From the NCBI GenBank assembly GCA_049324495.1, contig JBMOOP010000136.1:2136-66135 (forward strand): a stretch of DNA of 64,000 nucleotides, written 5' to 3'. The DNA comes from Pseudomonadota bacterium. GTDB lineage: Bacteria > Pseudomonadota > Gammaproteobacteria > Pseudomonadales > JADFDG01. The translations under genes were made by a program, and so were the position numbers. Below are positions 30,421 through 49,521 of the stretch, one piece after another (within the stretch, counting starts at the first letter, position 1; every line of letters starts with the position of its first letter). Below the pieces are notes generated by a model. It had not been told where the DNA came from. It worked only from the letters and a program-made list of their open reading frames with translations, and searched no databases.

Positions 30421-33132
30421 TTACAGTGTCCGGGCAATTTCCTTGACTTCATACACTTCGATCTTGTCGCCGGCGCGAACATCGTTGTAACCGCGCACGG
30501 CGATACCGCAATCCATACCAGCACGCACTTCGGCAGCATCATCCTTGAAGCGGCGCAGCGACTCGAGCGCACCCTGGAAGACCACGACATCCTGACGCAA
30601 TACGCGAATTGGTCGATTGCGGTACACCACACCCTCGACCACCATGCAGCCGGCGACATCGCCGAACTTCGAGGATCGGAACACTTCGCGCACCTCGGCA
30701 ATACCGAGAATTGTCTCACGCCGCTCCGGTGCCAGCAGACCACTCATGGCGGCCTTGACGTCGTCAATCATCTCGTAGATGACGCTGTAATAGCGCAGGT
30801 CGATGCCTTCACGCTCACACAGCTTCTTGGCGGTACTGTCGGCGCGCACATTGAAGGCAAGTACGACAGCACGGGAAGTTATCGCCAGATTGACGTCGGA
30901 CTCGGTAATCGGGCCCACACCGCTAGAAACGATATTGACCTTCACCTCGTCAGTGCCAAGATCGTGCATCGCACCCATCAGCGCCTCAAGCGAACCACGC
31001 ACGTCTGTCTTCAACACGATATTGACGGTTGGCTTCTCGGCCACACCCATGTTGGCAAAAATATTCTCGAGCTTGGACGACTGCTGGCGTGCCATGCGCG
31101 ACGTCCGGTCCTTCTCGATGCGGTGCTGTGCCACTTCGCGCGCGCGCCGTTCGTCCGGCACCACCATCATCTTGTCACCCGCCTCCGGCACGCCGGCGAG
31201 GCCGAGTATTTCCACCGGGATCGACGGGCCGGCCACCTTCAGCGGGCGACCGTGCTCATCATTCATAGCGCGCACGCGACCGTAATACTGCCCGGCAAGC
31301 ACCATGTCGCCGGGATGCAATTCGCCCTGTTGAATCAACAGCGATGCGACCGGGCCACGACCCTTGTCGAGACGCGATTCGACCACGACCCCTTCGGCGG
31401 GACCGACCGGCACAGCTTTCAGCTCAAGCACTTCAGCCTGGATCAGGATGGCGTCGAGCAGCTTATCGATGCCGGCGCCCGTATGTGCAGAAACCGGCAC
31501 GAACTGCGTGTCGCCGCCCCACTCTTCGGAAACAACGCTCTGCTGCGTCAACTCGGAGCGCACCCGCTCCGGATCGGCGGAAGGCTTATCCATTTTGTTG
31601 ATGGCAACGATCAGCGGCACGCCAGCAGCGCGGGCATGGTTGATTGCCTCAACGGTCTGCGGCATGACGCCATCGTCAGCAGCAACAACAATGATGACGA
31701 TATCTGTTGCCGACGCCCCACGCGCGCGCATCGCAGTAAACGCAGCATGACCGGGCGTGTCGAGGAAAGTGATCATGCCGTGGCCGGTATCAACGTGGTA
31801 GGCGCCAATATGTTGTGTGATGCCACCCGCTTCGCCGGCCGCTACCTTCGTGCGGCGAATGTAATCGAGCAGTGAAGTCTTGCCGTGATCGACATGACCC
31901 ATGATAGTAACCACCGGCGCTCGCGGCATCGGTGCCGCTTCACGGTTGATCGATTCGACGAGCGCCTCCTCGACTGCGTTGGCACTGACAAGCTTCGCCT
32001 TGTGGCCAAGCTCCTCGACAACGAGGACGGCAGTTGCCTGATCAAGAATGTGGTTGACGGTGACCATCTCGCCCATCTTCATCAGGGCCTTGATCAACTC
32101 ACCCACCTTCATTGACAACTTTTGTGCGAGCTCACCAACTGTGATCGCCTCGCCAATTTCGACTTCGTAAATCATTTTCGCTGTCGGTTTCTCGAATGCA
32201 TGCCCCTTGTGGAAGGAGCTCTTGAGCGTTCCCTCGAACGCCATTTTCTGCGTCTGTTTGCGGCGCTTGCCAATCAGCTTGCTCTTGTTGTCCTTCTTGA
32301 GGTTGTGCGCTTCCTCCTCGATGCTCTGCTCGAAGGCCCGCGCGACAATGCCGGCAGCAATCGTCGAGGACTCCTCGTCACCCGGAGCCGGTGCCACATC
32401 AGTACGGTGCGCCAACTCCTCGGCAAGACGCTGGGCACGCTCAACCGTTTCCTTGGCCGCCTTCTCCTCGGCCTCTTTCAGCACACCGGCATTCTGGCGC
32501 CGACGCACCTCGAGTTCTTCCCGCTTCTTGCGTTCTTCGGCTTCCAGCTTTGCCGCCTTTTCAGCGGCCTGTCGGGCGGCTTCAGTCGTGTGGTGCGGGA
32601 CCTTGATCACCTTGTGGCGATGCGCGACCTCGATCGTGTCGAGGCTCACCGGCGCCGATGACTTGCGGCGACGATCATCCTCGTCGCGACGCGCCTTGTC
32701 TTCAGCATCACGCCTGGCCTTTTCTTCGGCATCCCGCGCGGAGTGCTCCGCCGCAAGCCGAGCCTCCTCTGCGGCGATGCGTTGCGCCTCTTCGCTGGCA
32801 GCTTTCGTCTCCAGATCACCGCGCTTGACGTAGGTGCGGGTTTTCTTGACCTGAACCTCAACCGTCTTGGTCCGGCCAGTCGACGCACTCGCAGTCTTGA
32901 TGGTGGTGTTTTCCTTGCGCTTCAGCGTGATGCGCCTGGATTCCCCCTCCTCCTTGCCGTGAGCGCGCTTGAGATACCCCAGCAGCTGCTCCTTCTCGGT
33001 ATCGGACACACCCTCGTCAGCCGAGGAATGCGAAAGGCCGGCGTCGCGCATCTGCGTCAATAGCGTTTCCGCCGCGACGTTCAGCTTATCTGCCAGCTGC
33101 CTGACGGTTACCTCTGCCATACCGATGCTCAA
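30421..33132 (-). CDS. infB: translation initiation factor IF-2
   Basis: 903 aa with a charged, repeat-rich N-terminal region. The GTPase motifs are [17 protein letters not shown] and NKMD. Confidence 0.95.
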   Translation of the reverse strand: MSIGMAEVTVRQLADKLNVAAETLLTQMRDAGLSHSSADEGVSDTEKEQLLGYLKRAHGKEEGESRRITLKRKENTTIKTASASTGRTKTVEVQVKKTRTYVKRGDLETKAASEEAQRIAAEEARLAAEHSARDAEEKARRDAEDKARRDEDDRRRKSSAPVSLDTIEVAHRHKVIKVPHHTTEAARQAAEKAAKLEAEERKKREELEVRRRQNAGVLKEAEEKAAKETVERAQRLAEELAHRTDVAPAPGDEESSTIAAGIVARAFEQSIEEEAHNLKKDNKSKLIGKRRKQTQKMAFEGTLKSSFHKGHAFEKPTAKMIYEVEIGEAITVGELAQKLSMKVGELIKALMKMGEMVTVNHILDQATAVLVVEELGHKAKLVSANAVEEALVESINREAAPMPRAPVVTIMGHVDHGKTSLLDYIRRTKVAAGEAGGITQHIGAYHVDTGHGMITFLDTPGHAAFTAMRARGASATDIVIIVVAADDGVMPQTVEAINHARAAGVPLIVAINKMDKPSADPERVRSELTQQSVVSEEWGGDTQFVPVSAHTGAGIDKLLDAILIQAEVLELKAVPVGPAEGVVVESRLDKGRGPVASLLIQQGELHPGDMVLAGQYYGRVRAMNDEHGRPLKVAGPSIPVEILGLAGVPEAGDKMMVVPDERRAREVAQHRIEKDRTSRMARQQSSKLENIFANMGVAEKPTVNIVLKTDVRGSLEALMGAMHDLGTDEVKVNIVSSGVGPITESDVNLAITSRAVVLAFNVRADSTAKKLCEREGIDLRYYSVIYEMIDDVKAAMSGLLAPERRETILGIAEVREVFRSSKFGDVAGCMVVEGVVYRNRPIRVLRQDVVVFQGALESLRRFKDDAAEVRAGMDCGIAVRGYNDVRAGDKIEVYEVKEIARTL

Positions 33133-33212
33133 TCTCCGTTCGTCATGCCATCACCGCGACAAATTTGCCGTCGGCGCCTCATCAACAGCGATATCTCTGC
33201 GCCACCGACGCC

Positions 33213-34709
33213 TTAACCTTGCTGCGCAGCAAACCAGGGCTTGCGCGCTTCCATGATCAGGGAGGCGGCGCGCTCTTCAGTCATGGACTCGACATCACGA
33301 ATATCGTCGATCGCCTGCTCAGCCAATTCTTCCATCGTGCGCACGCCCCTTGCGGCAAGGGCAAACGCCATCGCGCGATCCATACCCGGCATGGAGAGCA
33401 GATCCTCGGCCGGCTCAGAGCCTTCCAGCTTTTCTTCGGAGGCCAGCGCGCGGGTGATCAGCGCATCCTTGGCACGCTGACGCAACTCGTTAACGATATC
33501 CTCGTCGAATCCCTCAATAGCGAGCATTTCCTCGATCGGCACATAGGCAATTTCTTCCAGTGTGCTGAAGCCTTCCTCGGCGAGCACCTGGGCGACTTCC
33601 TCATCGACATCCAGATCCTTCATGAACACCTGAACCACCGACTCGGATTCGGTTGCCTGCTTGGCGTTGGCGTCATCGAGCGTCATCACATTCAATTCCC
33701 AACCCGTCATCTCGCTGGCGAGGCGGATATTCTGGCCGCCGCGGCCAATGGCCTGGGCGAGCTGATCTTCTTCCACAGCGATATCCATCGCGTGGCGATC
33801 CTCATCAACGACAATAGAGGAAACCTCGGCCGGCGACATGGCGTTGATGACAAACTGTGCCGGATTGTCGTCCCACAACACGATATCGACACGCTCGCCG
33901 CCAAGCTCGCTGGAGACAGCCTGGACGCGCGATCCGCGCATGCCAATACATGCACCCTGCGGGTCGATGCGCTGATCATTGGATTTCACGGCGATCTTGG
34001 CGCGCACGCCCGGATCGCGTGCAGCGCCCTTGATCTCGATGAGCTCTTCGCCGATTTCCGGCACCTCAATCTTGAACAGCTCAACCAGCATTTGCGGATT
34101 GGTGCGCGAAATCATCAACTGCGGGCCGCGATTTTCGGTATTGATCGCGTAAAGGACGGCCCGGACACGATCATTGGTACGGAATACTTCGCGGGGCAAC
34201 ATCTCGGTGCGGGGCATCAGCGCCTCGGCGTTGGAGCCAAGATCGAGAATGACGTTGTCGCGTGTCACCTTCTTGACAGTACCGATCACCAGCGTGCCGA
34301 TGCGATTGCGGAACTGCTCGACAATCTGGGCTCGCTCAGCCTCGCGCACCTTCTGCACGATCACCTGCTTGGCGGTCTGGGCACCGATGCGGCCGAACTC
34401 TACAGACTCGATTTCCTCTTCCCAGATGTCGCCAATCTTCAGCGACGGATCCTTTTCGTGGGCTTCGTCCAGCGTCAACTGATGGCCGAACTCGAACAGT
34501 TCCTCATCCACAACGATGCGCCAGACGCGATAAGACTTGTACTCGCCCGTCTTCCGGTCGATCGCCACGCGAATTTCAACGTCTGCCTCTCGGAAGCGCT
34601 TTTTCGTGGCCGCCGCAAGGGCTGCCTCAATGGCTTCGAAGATGACGTCACGGTCGACGCCTTTCTCGTTGGAGACGGTTTCAGCTACGAGGAGAATCTC
34701 TTTGCCCAT
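33213..34709 (-). CDS. nusA: transcription termination/antitermination factor NusA
   Basis: 498 aa with an S1 domain, two KH domains ([10 protein letters not shown] and [12 protein letters not shown]) and C-terminal acidic repeats. Confidence 0.95.
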   Translation of the reverse strand: MGKEILLVAETVSNEKGVDRDVIFEAIEAALAAATKKRFREADVEIRVAIDRKTGEYKSYRVWRIVVDEELFEFGHQLTLDEAHEKDPSLKIGDIWEEEIESVEFGRIGAQTAKQVIVQKVREAERAQIVEQFRNRIGTLVIGTVKKVTRDNVILDLGSNAEALMPRTEMLPREVFRTNDRVRAVLYAINTENRGPQLMISRTNPQMLVELFKIEVPEIGEELIEIKGAARDPGVRAKIAVKSNDQRIDPQGACIGMRGSRVQAVSSELGGERVDIVLWDDNPAQFVINAMSPAEVSSIVVDEDRHAMDIAVEEDQLAQAIGRGGQNIRLASEMTGWELNVMTLDDANAKQATESESVVQVFMKDLDVDEEVAQVLAEEGFSTLEEIAYVPIEEMLAIEGFDEDIVNELRQRAKDALITRALASEEKLEGSEPAEDLLSMPGMDRAMAFALAARGVRTMEELAEQAIDDIRDVESMTEERAASLIMEARKPWFAAQQG

Positions 34710-34757
34710 CGCCTTGTGCCCATCACTATCGTTGTTTCCGGCAATGCCTTCCCGGCA

Positions 34758-35228
34758 TTACCGCTTGTTATTGGGAAACTCCGGCTCGATCTGTGCCTTG
34801 TCGATACCCGCAAAAGCAAATACCTGTTCGCCGCCATCATCAAGCGCCAGCACGACACCGTCATCATTCACCGAAACCAGGCGGCCGCGAAAACGGCGGC
34901 GCCCTGAAACCGGAGCCTGTAACCGCAACACGAGCAGGCCGCCGACATAACGAGCGTATTGCGCCGGCTCGAACAGTACACGGTCGAGACCGGGCGAGGA
35001 GACTTCCAGCGTGTATTCACCATCAATCGGATCCTCGACGTCCAGCACGCCACTTACCTGATGGCTCACCGCTGCGCAATCATCGACCGTCACGCCCTCG
35101 GGCCCATCGATGTATATCCGCAGCAAACGATGCCGACCGCGGACCAGGTACTCAATTCCCCACAACTCGAACCCGAGCACACCCACGGCCGGCTCGAGCA
35201 GAGTCTTGAGGTCGCGCTTGCTGGTCAA
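34758..35228 (-). CDS. rimP: ribosome maturation factor RimP
   Basis: It has LGFELWGIEY ... LRIYID ... LEVSSPGLDR. I prefer the TTG at 35228, which is preceded by GGAG with 6-nt spacing and gives an N-terminus of E. coli-like length. The alternative ATG at 35279 would abut the upstream terminator. Confidence 0.8.
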   Translation of the reverse strand: MTSKRDLKTLLEPAVGVLGFELWGIEYLVRGRHRLLRIYIDGPEGVTVDDCAAVSHQVSGVLDVEDPIDGEYTLEVSSPGLDRVLFEPAQYARYVGGLLVLRLQAPVSGRRRFRGRLVSVNDDGVVLALDDGGEQVFAFAGIDKAQIEPEFPNNKR

Positions 35229-35288
35229 CCGCTGCTCCTGCGCCTTGCCCGGCGCATCAAATTCCAGACCGCACTGCATTCCAGGCCA

Positions 35289-35323
35289 TAAAAAACAAAA
35301 AAAAAGGGCCTGCAAGGCCCATT
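35289..35323 (-). terminator. intrinsic terminator/attenuator between tRNA-fMet and rimP
   Basis: On the minus strand: GGGCC-ttgca-GGCCC followed by T9GTTTTTT. Confidence 0.6.
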
Positions 35324-35369
35324 TCGCGAACGAAGCCTGAAGGCGGACCGCTACGCGAGACCACCTGGC

Positions 35370-35394
35370 AAAAAACCCCGCAGGGGGGCTTTTC
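35370..35394 (-). terminator. second, weaker hairpin plus U-tract downstream of tRNA-fMet
   Basis: On the minus strand: AAAAGCCCCCCTGCGGGGTTTTTT. This is a short CCCC/GGGG stem followed by T6. Confidence 0.4.
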
Positions 35395-35432
35395 CTGCAC
35401 AACGTGCAGCGGATCTTTGCCAAGACCCATGT

Positions 35433-35509
<77 letters not shown>

Positions 35510-35525
35510 TCAAAACCGGGCGCCG

Positions 35526-35554
35526 ACTATAGGGTGGCACCCTCTTACTGTCAA
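35526..35554 (-). promoter_or_regulatory. consensus sigma-70 promoter for the tRNA-fMet-rimP-nusA-infB operon
   Basis: On the minus strand: TTGACA (35554-35549), a 17-nt spacer, then TATAGT (35531-35526). It lies about 17 nt upstream of the tRNA 5' end. Confidence 0.65.
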
Positions 35555-35587
35555 CGCGGGAAACACCGCAAAAATACGAAAAATGCA

Positions 35588-35672
35588 TGGTGCCCAGGGT
35601 CGGACTTGAACCGACACGGCTTGCGCCACTACCCCCTCAAAGTAGCGTGTCTACCAATTTCACCACCTGGGC
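35588..35672 (-). tRNA. leuU: tRNA-Leu (anticodon GAG)
   Basis: The minus strand reads GCCCAGGTGGTGAAATTGGTAGACACGCTACTTTGAGGGGGTAGTG ... GGTTCAAGTCCGACCCTGGGCACCA. It has a long variable arm and is closely similar to E. coli leuU, which likewise follows secG. Confidence 0.93.
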
Positions 35673-35682
35673 TTAAAAACGC

Positions 35683-36084
35683 TTATTTACCGGTCTGCTT
35701 GTCCGTCGGTACCGAATTCGTAGCTGGTGCGGCAGGCACGTCGGCGGCCGGCACAGCAAGGGCCGGCGAGGAAGCCGGGGCCAGCGGCACGTCGCCGGTT
35801 GCCGCAGCCGGTGCGGACACCTCCGAAACGAGGGCGCCATTCTGCGCTTCCGAAGCGGCCCTCGCAAGGTAAGCCAACCCCAGACTGGTCGAGAAGAAAA
35901 AAATCGCCAGCCATTTCGTGGTGCGTGTGAGGAATGTTGCCGAACCGGCAGCACCAAAAACAGTCTGCGACGCGCCGGAACCGAATGACGCGCCCGCATC
36001 AGCACCCTTGCCCTGCTGCAGAAGAATCAAGCCGATGAGGGCCAAGGACAAAAGTACATGCACAACAAGAATCGCAACTTCCAT
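35683..36084 (-). CDS. secG: preprotein translocase subunit SecG
   Basis: It has MEVAILVVHVLLSLALIGLILLQQGKGADAGASFGSGAS (SecG signature) plus a low-complexity Ala/Pro tail. An alternative TTG start lies 6 nt upstream at 36090. Confidence 0.88.
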   Translation of the reverse strand: MEVAILVVHVLLSLALIGLILLQQGKGADAGASFGSGASQTVFGAAGSATFLTRTTKWLAIFFFSTSLGLAYLARAASEAQNGALVSEVSAPAAATGDVPLAPASSPALAVPAADVPAAPATNSVPTDKQTGK

Positions 36085-36097
36085 CTTCAATTACCTG

Positions 36098-36862
36098 TTA
36101 GCGCGCCGATGCGCAAATTTCGAGAAACTCGCGGGCATCCAGCGACGCACCGCCCACCAAACCACCATCAATATCCGGCATCTCGAATAACACCCGTGCG
36201 TTACCCGCCCTCACGCTGCCGCCGTAAATGATCCGGGTCGCGGCGGCAAGTCCTGCATCCTGTTGCGCAAGCCGGGCACGCAGCAATGCGTGAACTTCCT
36301 GCGCCTGCATGGGCGTCGCATTGCGCCCGGTGCCAATCGCCCAGATCGGCTCATAGGCAACCACGGCACCGGCAAAACCTTCTGCACCAACCCGCAACAA
36401 CACCGCATCCAATTGGTGGATAACCACCGCAGCAGTAACACCGGCATCCCGCTCTGCCAGTGTCTCGCCGACACAAAGTATCGGTACAAGCTGCGCTGCA
36501 CGCGCGGCAATAAACTTACCGGCAACCTGTACATCGGTCTCGCCTGCATGTGCGCGACGCTCGGAGTGGCCAACAATCACCGCTGCGCAACCGGCGTCAT
36601 GCAGCATCGCCGCCGATATCTGGCCCGTGAACGCACCGGCAGGGTGTTCGCTGACATCCTGGGACGCAACGCCTATCGACGATCCGCGTAATATTTCCGC
36701 AACCGCCGGAATGTGCAGGCACGGCGGCGCGACCAGAACATCACAGGTCAGGCCGGCCGAGCCGACCAGCAGCATCCGGACCCGGCTCCGGGCCTGCGCT
36801 TCACTGCCATGCATTTTCCAGTTGCCGGCCACCAGCGGGCGGCGCGTACCTTGCTGCACCAT
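36098..36862 (-). CDS. tpiA: triosephosphate isomerase
   Basis: 254 aa with GNWKMHG, VGHSERR and the AYEPIWAIGTG active-site loop. Confidence 0.92.
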   Translation of the reverse strand: MVQQGTRRPLVAGNWKMHGSEAQARSRVRMLLVGSAGLTCDVLVAPPCLHIPAVAEILRGSSIGVASQDVSEHPAGAFTGQISAAMLHDAGCAAVIVGHSERRAHAGETDVQVAGKFIAARAAQLVPILCVGETLAERDAGVTAAVVIHQLDAVLLRVGAEGFAGAVVAYEPIWAIGTGRNATPMQAQEVHALLRARLAQQDAGLAAATRIIYGGSVRAGNARVLFEMPDIDGGLVGGASLDAREFLEICASAR

Positions 36863-36968
36863 AAGCCCCCTGGCCGATCACCCCGAAGGACACCTCAAAA
36901 GAAGCACCCCAAAAAGGGAGCGCAATGTTAGCCGGTACCCTGCAGGAAGCCAACCGCGCCGCACAGGC

Positions 36969-38297
36969 TCAGGCCGATTCGGCCACCCTGCCCGCCAGCC
37001 AGCGGGCGAGCTCCTCGACCAGAACCCCGTCCTCACCCTCGACCATGACCCGCACCACGGGTTCAGTGCCGGAAGGGCGCAGCAATACCCGGCCGCGCCC
37101 GGCGAGCCTGGCCTCCACCTCGGCAACTCCCGACTGCACGGCGGGCCGACTGACCGCATCACGCGGCACCCGGACATTGATCATCACCTGCGGCAGCTTG
37201 TGCATGCCGCGCCGGGCCTCGTCGAGCGTCTGGCCACTGCGCGTCAACGCCGCCAGGACCTGCAATGCCGAGACCGTGCCGTCACCGGTACTCGTCTTGT
37301 CGAGACAAACAATGTGGCCACTGGATTCGCCGCCCAACAACCAGCCGCGCGATTCCAATTCCGCCATCACATAACGATCGCCGACATCGGCGCGCACGAA
37401 AGGTGCGCCGAGCGCACGCATTGCCAGTTCAAATCCGAAGTTGCTCATCAACGTGCCAACCACGCCACCGCCGAGTACGCCGCGTGCGTGCCTGTCACGC
37501 GCAATGATGTAAAGCAGTTCGTCGCCATCGACCACCTCGCCATGACGATCAACCATAATCAGGCGATCGCCATCGCCATCGAGCGCAATGCCGAGATCGG
37601 CACCGGTCTCACGCACTTTTGCCTGCAGGGCAACCGGATACGTTGAACCGCAATCGCGATTGATATTGTAGCCGTCCGGTTCGGTGGCGATCTTGGTGAC
37701 GCGCGCACCAAGCTCGTCGAAAACATCAGGGGCCGTGTTGTAACAGGCGCCATTGGCGCCATCCACAACGATATGCAACCCGGAAAGATTCAGCCCAAGC
37801 GGTACGGTTGATTTGCAGAATTCGATATAGCGACCGCGCGCACCTTCCACCCGTACAGCTTTACCGAGTCGCGCCGAGGGCACGGTGACCATTGGCTCAT
37901 CAAGCATATGCTCAATACGGTGCTCGATTTCATCCGCCAGCTTCCGTCCTTCGCCGGAGAAAAACTTGATGCCGTTATCGTCGAACGCATTGTGCGAAGC
38001 AGAGATGACGATTCCTGCCTGCGCATGAAAAGTTCGGGTCAGGTAAGCAATTGCGGGCGTCGGCATCGGCCCGAGCAGGCGCACATCGGCACCGGCAGCA
38101 ACCAACCCGGCTTCCAGCGCCGACTCGAACATGTAGCCGGAAATACGGGTGTCCTTGCCAATCAGGATTTTCGACTTGCCGCGCTCCTGAAACACCTTGC
38201 CGGCGGCCCAGCCCAGCTTGAGAACAAAATCCGGCGTGATCGGCGGCTCACCGACGCGGCCACGAATGCCGTCGGTGCCGAAATATCTTTTGGTCAT
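36969..38297 (-). CDS. glmM: phosphoglucosamine mutase
   Basis: 442 aa with YFGTDGIRG, the phosphoserine loop [13 protein letters not shown] and DGDGDR. Its ATG overlaps the folP stop (TAATG). Confidence 0.93.
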   Translation of the reverse strand: MTKRYFGTDGIRGRVGEPPITPDFVLKLGWAAGKVFQERGKSKILIGKDTRISGYMFESALEAGLVAAGADVRLLGPMPTPAIAYLTRTFHAQAGIVISASHNAFDDNGIKFFSGEGRKLADEIEHRIEHMLDEPMVTVPSARLGKAVRVEGARGRYIEFCKSTVPLGLNLSGLHIVVDGANGACYNTAPDVFDELGARVTKIATEPDGYNINRDCGSTYPVALQAKVRETGADLGIALDGDGDRLIMVDRHGEVVDGDELLYIIARDRHARGVLGGGVVGTLMSNFGFELAMRALGAPFVRADVGDRYVMAELESRGWLLGGESSGHIVCLDKTSTGDGTVSALQVLAALTRSGQTLDEARRGMHKLPQVMINVRVPRDAVSRPAVQSGVAEVEARLAGRGRVLLRPSGTEPVVRVMVEGEDGVLVEELARWLAGRVAESA

Positions 38298-39199
38298 TAC
38301 AAAGTTTCCCCTGTCAGCGCCGCAACCACTGCGAGCGCGTCAACTGTGGCTGCGACATCATGCACACGCAGGATGGTCGCGCCCTTTATCGCCGCGATCA
38401 CGGCCGCCGCCAGCGAGCCATACAGACGGCCGGCAACCGGGCGATCGGCCCGCCCGTCGTTGAGCGCGCGACCAATCATCGACTTGCGCGACACCCCGGC
38501 GAGCACCGGAACGCCCAATGACGAGAACTCATCGAGCCGGCGCAACAACTGCAGATTATGCGTGAACGTCTTGCCGAAGCCGAAGCCCGGATCGATCAGC
38601 AACCGATCGTAACCGATGCCGGCCTCGACGCAGACAGCGATACGCTGGCGCAGAAAGTCGCTCACCTCAACCACCACGTCATCGTAATGCGGCGATTGCT
38701 GCATCGCGCCGGGTTCGCCCTGCATATGCATCAAGCATATCGGCAAGCCCGTATTGCGAGCCGCCACGAGTGCGCCGTCGCGACGCAGGGCGCGGACATC
38801 ATTGAGCAGGTGGGCGCCAGCCGCAGCGGCCGCGCGCATCAACTCTGGCGTGCCGGTGTCGACCGACACACAGGTATCAAGTTCGCGGACAATGCGCTCG
38901 ACCACTGGCACAACGCGATCGAGCTCTTCATGGACACTGACCGGACGTGCACCTGGCCGCGTGGATTCGCCACCCACATCAATGAGCGCCGCGCCTTCGT
39001 CCACCATACGACGCGCCTGCGCGAGCGCAGCATCCGGCGAAGTGAAGCGGCCACCATCGGAAAACGAGTCGGGCGTGACATTGAGGATACCCATCACTCG
39101 CGGGCGCGAGAGGTCGAGGTCACGGTTGCCGCAACGCAGGTTGCGCCGCATGAGTGCGTCTGCCGGGGTCGTTGGCCGAAAAAATGCGGGCTCGTTCAA
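38297..39199 (-). CDS. folP: dihydropteroate synthase
   Basis: It has [27 protein letters not shown] and GFGFGK. An internal ATG at 39151 (MRRNLRCG...) is an equally plausible start. Confidence 0.9.
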   Translation of the reverse strand: MNEPAFFRPTTPADALMRRNLRCGNRDLDLSRPRVMGILNVTPDSFSDGGRFTSPDAALAQARRMVDEGAALIDVGGESTRPGARPVSVHEELDRVVPVVERIVRELDTCVSVDTGTPELMRAAAAAGAHLLNDVRALRRDGALVAARNTGLPICLMHMQGEPGAMQQSPHYDDVVVEVSDFLRQRIAVCVEAGIGYDRLLIDPGFGFGKTFTHNLQLLRRLDEFSSLGVPVLAGVSRKSMIGRALNDGRADRPVAGRLYGSLAAAVIAAIKGATILRVHDVAATVDALAVVAALTGETL

Positions 39200-39225
39200 G
39201 GAGCCCGCTCAGGAAGCATGCTGCG

Positions 39226-41154
<1,929 letters not shown>

Positions 41155-41229
41155 GTCGTTCACGGGATTTGCCTCGCGAATTGCGGAAAATTCGCGCATC
41201 GCCAACAGACGACGCGGGGATATGTAACG

Positions 41230-41853
41230 TTACACCATTTCAAAACCCCGCCCCAGCAAATACACCTCGCTGGAACGGGCCCTGGAAGCACCGGGCTTGC
41301 GCACGAGCAACTGGCGGAAAGACTGCCGCATCTCCTTGCGGTAGGCGTCCACGCCCTCACCCTGAAAGGTCTTTAGCAGTAAATCCCCGCCCGGCCGGAG
41401 CACGCGACGGGCAAGCTCCAGGGCCAGTTCCGCCAGATACATCGCCCGCGGTTGGTCCACCGACCGCTCCCCAGACATATTGGGGGCCATGTCCGAGATA
41501 ACAAGGTCGGCTTGTCGATCGCCAAGCACCGCCAGCAGCGCCGCAAAGACAGCCTCCTCGCGAAAATCACCCAACACGAAGTGAACCCCCGGCAGCGGCT
41601 CCATCGGCAGGATGTCGGAGGCGATGACCAGCCCTTTGTCGCCGACGAGGCCGGCGGCAACCTGCGACCAGCCGCCCGGAGCAGCGCCGAGATCAATGAC
41701 CGTCATACCGGGGCGCAGGAGGCGGTCTTTTTCCTGTATTTCCAGCAACTTGAAGACCGCACGCGAGCGGTAGCCCTGCTCCTGCGCCTGACGCACATAA
41801 GGATCATTGAAGTGTTCTTGCAACCAGCGGGAGCTGCTTTTGGAGCGGGACAC
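41230..41853 (-). CDS. rlmE: 23S rRNA (uridine2552-2'-O)-methyltransferase
   Basis: 207 aa with [11 protein letters not shown] and the SAM motif [11 protein letters not shown]. Confidence 0.92.
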   Translation of the reverse strand: MSRSKSSSRWLQEHFNDPYVRQAQEQGYRSRAVFKLLEIQEKDRLLRPGMTVIDLGAAPGGWSQVAAGLVGDKGLVIASDILPMEPLPGVHFVLGDFREEAVFAALLAVLGDRQADLVISDMAPNMSGERSVDQPRAMYLAELALELARRVLRPGGDLLLKTFQGEGVDAYRKEMRQSFRQLLVRKPGASRARSSEVYLLGRGFEMV

Positions 41854-41965
41854 GGCTGTCGTCCATCCGTTCGTGAATATGGCAGGAGCGGGAAAGTCAT
41901 ACTAACGGGCGCAGCGCGAGCGCGGCTAGAATGGCCGCCCTTTGCGCTACCTGCCGGAGTTCGCC

Positions 41966-42283
41966 ATGGCGCTGTCCGCCGCCGAGAAAAAATACTTTCG
42001 TGGTATTGGCCACCACCTCAAGCCGGTGGTGCTGGTGGGCGGCGGCGGACTGTCCGAAGCCCTGCTCGCCGAACTCGATCGGGCGCTTGAGGATCATGAG
42101 CTGATCAAGGTGAAAGTACACGCGGAAGATCGCGATGCGCGGCGCGCCGTGTTCGATAGCTTGCCGACCGCCTGCGCTTGCGAGCTGATCACCGCCATCG
42201 GCGGTATCGCGCTGATTTATCGCGCGGCGAAAAAGCAGAACAGGAAGCTGTCGAATCCGGTGCGCTACGCGAACACACCGTGA
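41966..42283 (+). CDS. yhbY: YhbY/CRS1-type ribosome assembly RNA-binding protein
   Basis: 105 aa with LRGIGHHLKPVVLVGGGGLS ... HELIKVKV. It is divergent from rlmE, as in E. coli. Confidence 0.85.
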   Translation: MALSAAEKKYFRGIGHHLKPVVLVGGGGLSEALLAELDRALEDHELIKVKVHAEDRDARRAVFDSLPTACACELITAIGGIALIYRAAKKQNRKLSNPVRYANTP

Positions 42284-42298
42284 CTGCCGCATTTCCTG

Positions 42299-42780
42299 CT
42301 ATGCGTGGCGAACTTCCTCAATTTCATATTCAACGACACCACCCGGTGTCTGCACCGGCACCACATCGCCTTCTTCCTTGCCCATCAACGCGCGGGCGAT
42401 CGGCGACGTGTTTGATATCTTGTTCACTTTGATGTCGGCCTCATCTTCGCCAACGATGGTGTAGGTCACGCGCTCACCCGACGCAACATTGGCGATATCG
42501 ACGGTCGTGCCAAAAATCACCTTGCCGGTTTTGGCAATCCGACTGACGTCGATGACCACGCAATTCGAGAGTTTCATCTCGATTTCCTGAATCCGCCCTT
42601 CAGCAAAGCCTTGTTGCTCGCGCGCCGCGTGGTACTCGGCGTTCTCACGCAGGTCGCCATGCGCCCGCGCCTCGGCGATCGCGGCAGAAATGCGCTGCCG
42701 ATCCACGGTCTTGAGCCGTTGCAGTTCTTCGCGCAGCGCCTCGGCACCAGCGACAGTCATCGGGTAACGCGTTGGTGTAC

Positions 42781-42784
<4 letters not shown>
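42299..42784 (-). CDS. greA: transcription elongation factor GreA
   Basis: 161 aa with a coiled-coil N-terminus carrying the acidic tip ([15 protein letters not shown]) and the C-terminal globular domain [14 protein letters not shown]. Its start overlaps the carB stop. Confidence 0.92.
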
Positions 42785-46056
<3,272 letters not shown>

Positions 46057-46062
46057 GGTGTT

Positions 46063-47220
46063 CTACCGGCTTTGGCGGCGGGCTTGCATCAGTTCAATAA
46101 AGTGGTCGAACAACACGTCGGCCTCGTGCGGGCCGGGGCTGGCTTCCGGGTGGCCCTGAAAACTGAACGCCGGCCGGTCGGTGCGCTCGATACCCTGATT
46201 ACTGCCGTCGAACAGCGAGCGATGGGTGACGCGCAGGTTCGCCGGCAACGTCGCCTCATTCACCGCGAAACCATGATTCTGCGCAGTGATCATTACGCGG
46301 CCGGTGTGAAGAACCTGTACCGGGTGGTTGGCGCCGTGATGACCGAATTTCATTTTCAACGTCTGCGCGCCGGAAGCGAGCGCCAGCAACTGATGACCAA
46401 GGCAGATGCCGAACACCGGCAAGTCGGTGATCAGGAGTTCGCGGATCGCGGCAATGGCGTAATCACAGGGTGCCGGATCGCCGGGGCCATTGGAGAGAAA
46501 GACGCCGTCCGGCTGCAGTGCACGCACCTCGGCAGCCGTGGTTTGTGCGGGAACCACCGTGAGCTTGCAGCCGCGATCGACCAGCATGCGCAGGATGTTG
46601 CGCTTGACGCCGAAATCGTAGGCGACGACATGGAATGGTTGCTGCGTGGGTGCTTGCCGGTGGCCCTTGCCCAACTGCCAGGTGCCTTCATTCCACGGGT
46701 AAGCCGTCGTGCAGGTTACTTCCTTCGCCAAGTCCATACCCTGCAAACCCGGGAACGCCCGGGCGACGGCAACAGCTGCCTGCTCGTCGATCTGTTCGCC
46801 GGCGACGACACAGCCGTTCTGTGCGCCCTTGTCGCGCAAAAGGCGCGTCAGGCGACGGGTATCGATCTCGGCGATGCCAACGATGTTGCGCGCACGCAGC
46901 CAGCTCGACAGATCCTGTTTCGCGCGAAAGCTCGATGCCACCAGCGAGGCGTCACGAATCACCAGCCCGGCACACCAGGCGCGGACAGCTTCATCATCCT
47001 CGTCGTTCACCCCGGTATTGCCGATATGCGGATGCGTGAGCGTGACGATCTGGCGGGCATAGGACGGGTCGGTGACGATCTCCTGATAACCGGTCATCGC
47101 GGTGTTGAATACCACTTCCCCGACGGATTGCCCGCTGGCGCCCAGGGCGACGCCGCGGAACAGGCTGCCATCTTCGAGTGCGAGCAGGGCGGGTGTAACA
47201 GCCAAGGGACCTACCTCCAC
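46063..47220 (-). CDS. carA: carbamoyl-phosphate synthase small (glutamine amidotransferase) subunit
   Basis: It has the triad motif GICLGHQ and the HG.NHPV region. The track start is the GTG at 47220. A TTG at 47205, preceded by GGAGG, is a plausible alternative start. Confidence 0.9.
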   Translation of the reverse strand: MEVGPLAVTPALLALEDGSLFRGVALGASGQSVGEVVFNTAMTGYQEIVTDPSYARQIVTLTHPHIGNTGVNDEDDEAVRAWCAGLVIRDASLVASSFRAKQDLSSWLRARNIVGIAEIDTRRLTRLLRDKGAQNGCVVAGEQIDEQAAVAVARAFPGLQGMDLAKEVTCTTAYPWNEGTWQLGKGHRQAPTQQPFHVVAYDFGVKRNILRMLVDRGCKLTVVPAQTTAAEVRALQPDGVFLSNGPGDPAPCDYAIAAIRELLITDLPVFGICLGHQLLALASGAQTLKMKFGHHGANHPVQVLHTGRVMITAQNHGFAVNEATLPANLRVTHRSLFDGSNQGIERTDRPAFSFQGHPEASPGPHEADVLFDHFIELMQARRQSR

Positions 47221-47310
47221 TTAAGGTTGTGCGCAACCTCCCCGCAGCCAGCGGCGCTGCAGGGTCCACCGGGAATCCCGACGTTTGGACTTTGAAAGAT
47301 AGCCGACCAC

Positions 47311-47342
47311 AAAAAAGCGAGATGAAGCCGGCTTCATCTCGC
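47311..47342 (-). terminator. intrinsic terminator downstream of dapB
   Basis: On the minus strand: 13-bp stem GCGAGATGAAGCC/GGCTTCATCTCGC followed by TTTTTT. It lies about 150 nt after the dapB stop. Confidence 0.65.
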
Positions 47343-47495
47343 TTCGTGAATCTGTCTGATCATGGGGCCTGACCGTGCCGGGAAGACGCCCCCGCCCCGG
47401 GGCCGGGATTCTAGGCGCAAAGCCCTTCTGCCGCCACCCCGAATCGATCGGCCGGCAACCGGATCAGCCCCGATCCGCGCCAGCGCAAACAGCGC

Positions 47496-49456
<1,961 letters not shown>

Positions 49457-49521
49457 GATCTTCTCCGCTCCCTGTGAAAAACAAAGCGCCTGATGACAAA
49501 AAATTTTTCTGAAAAGTCCAT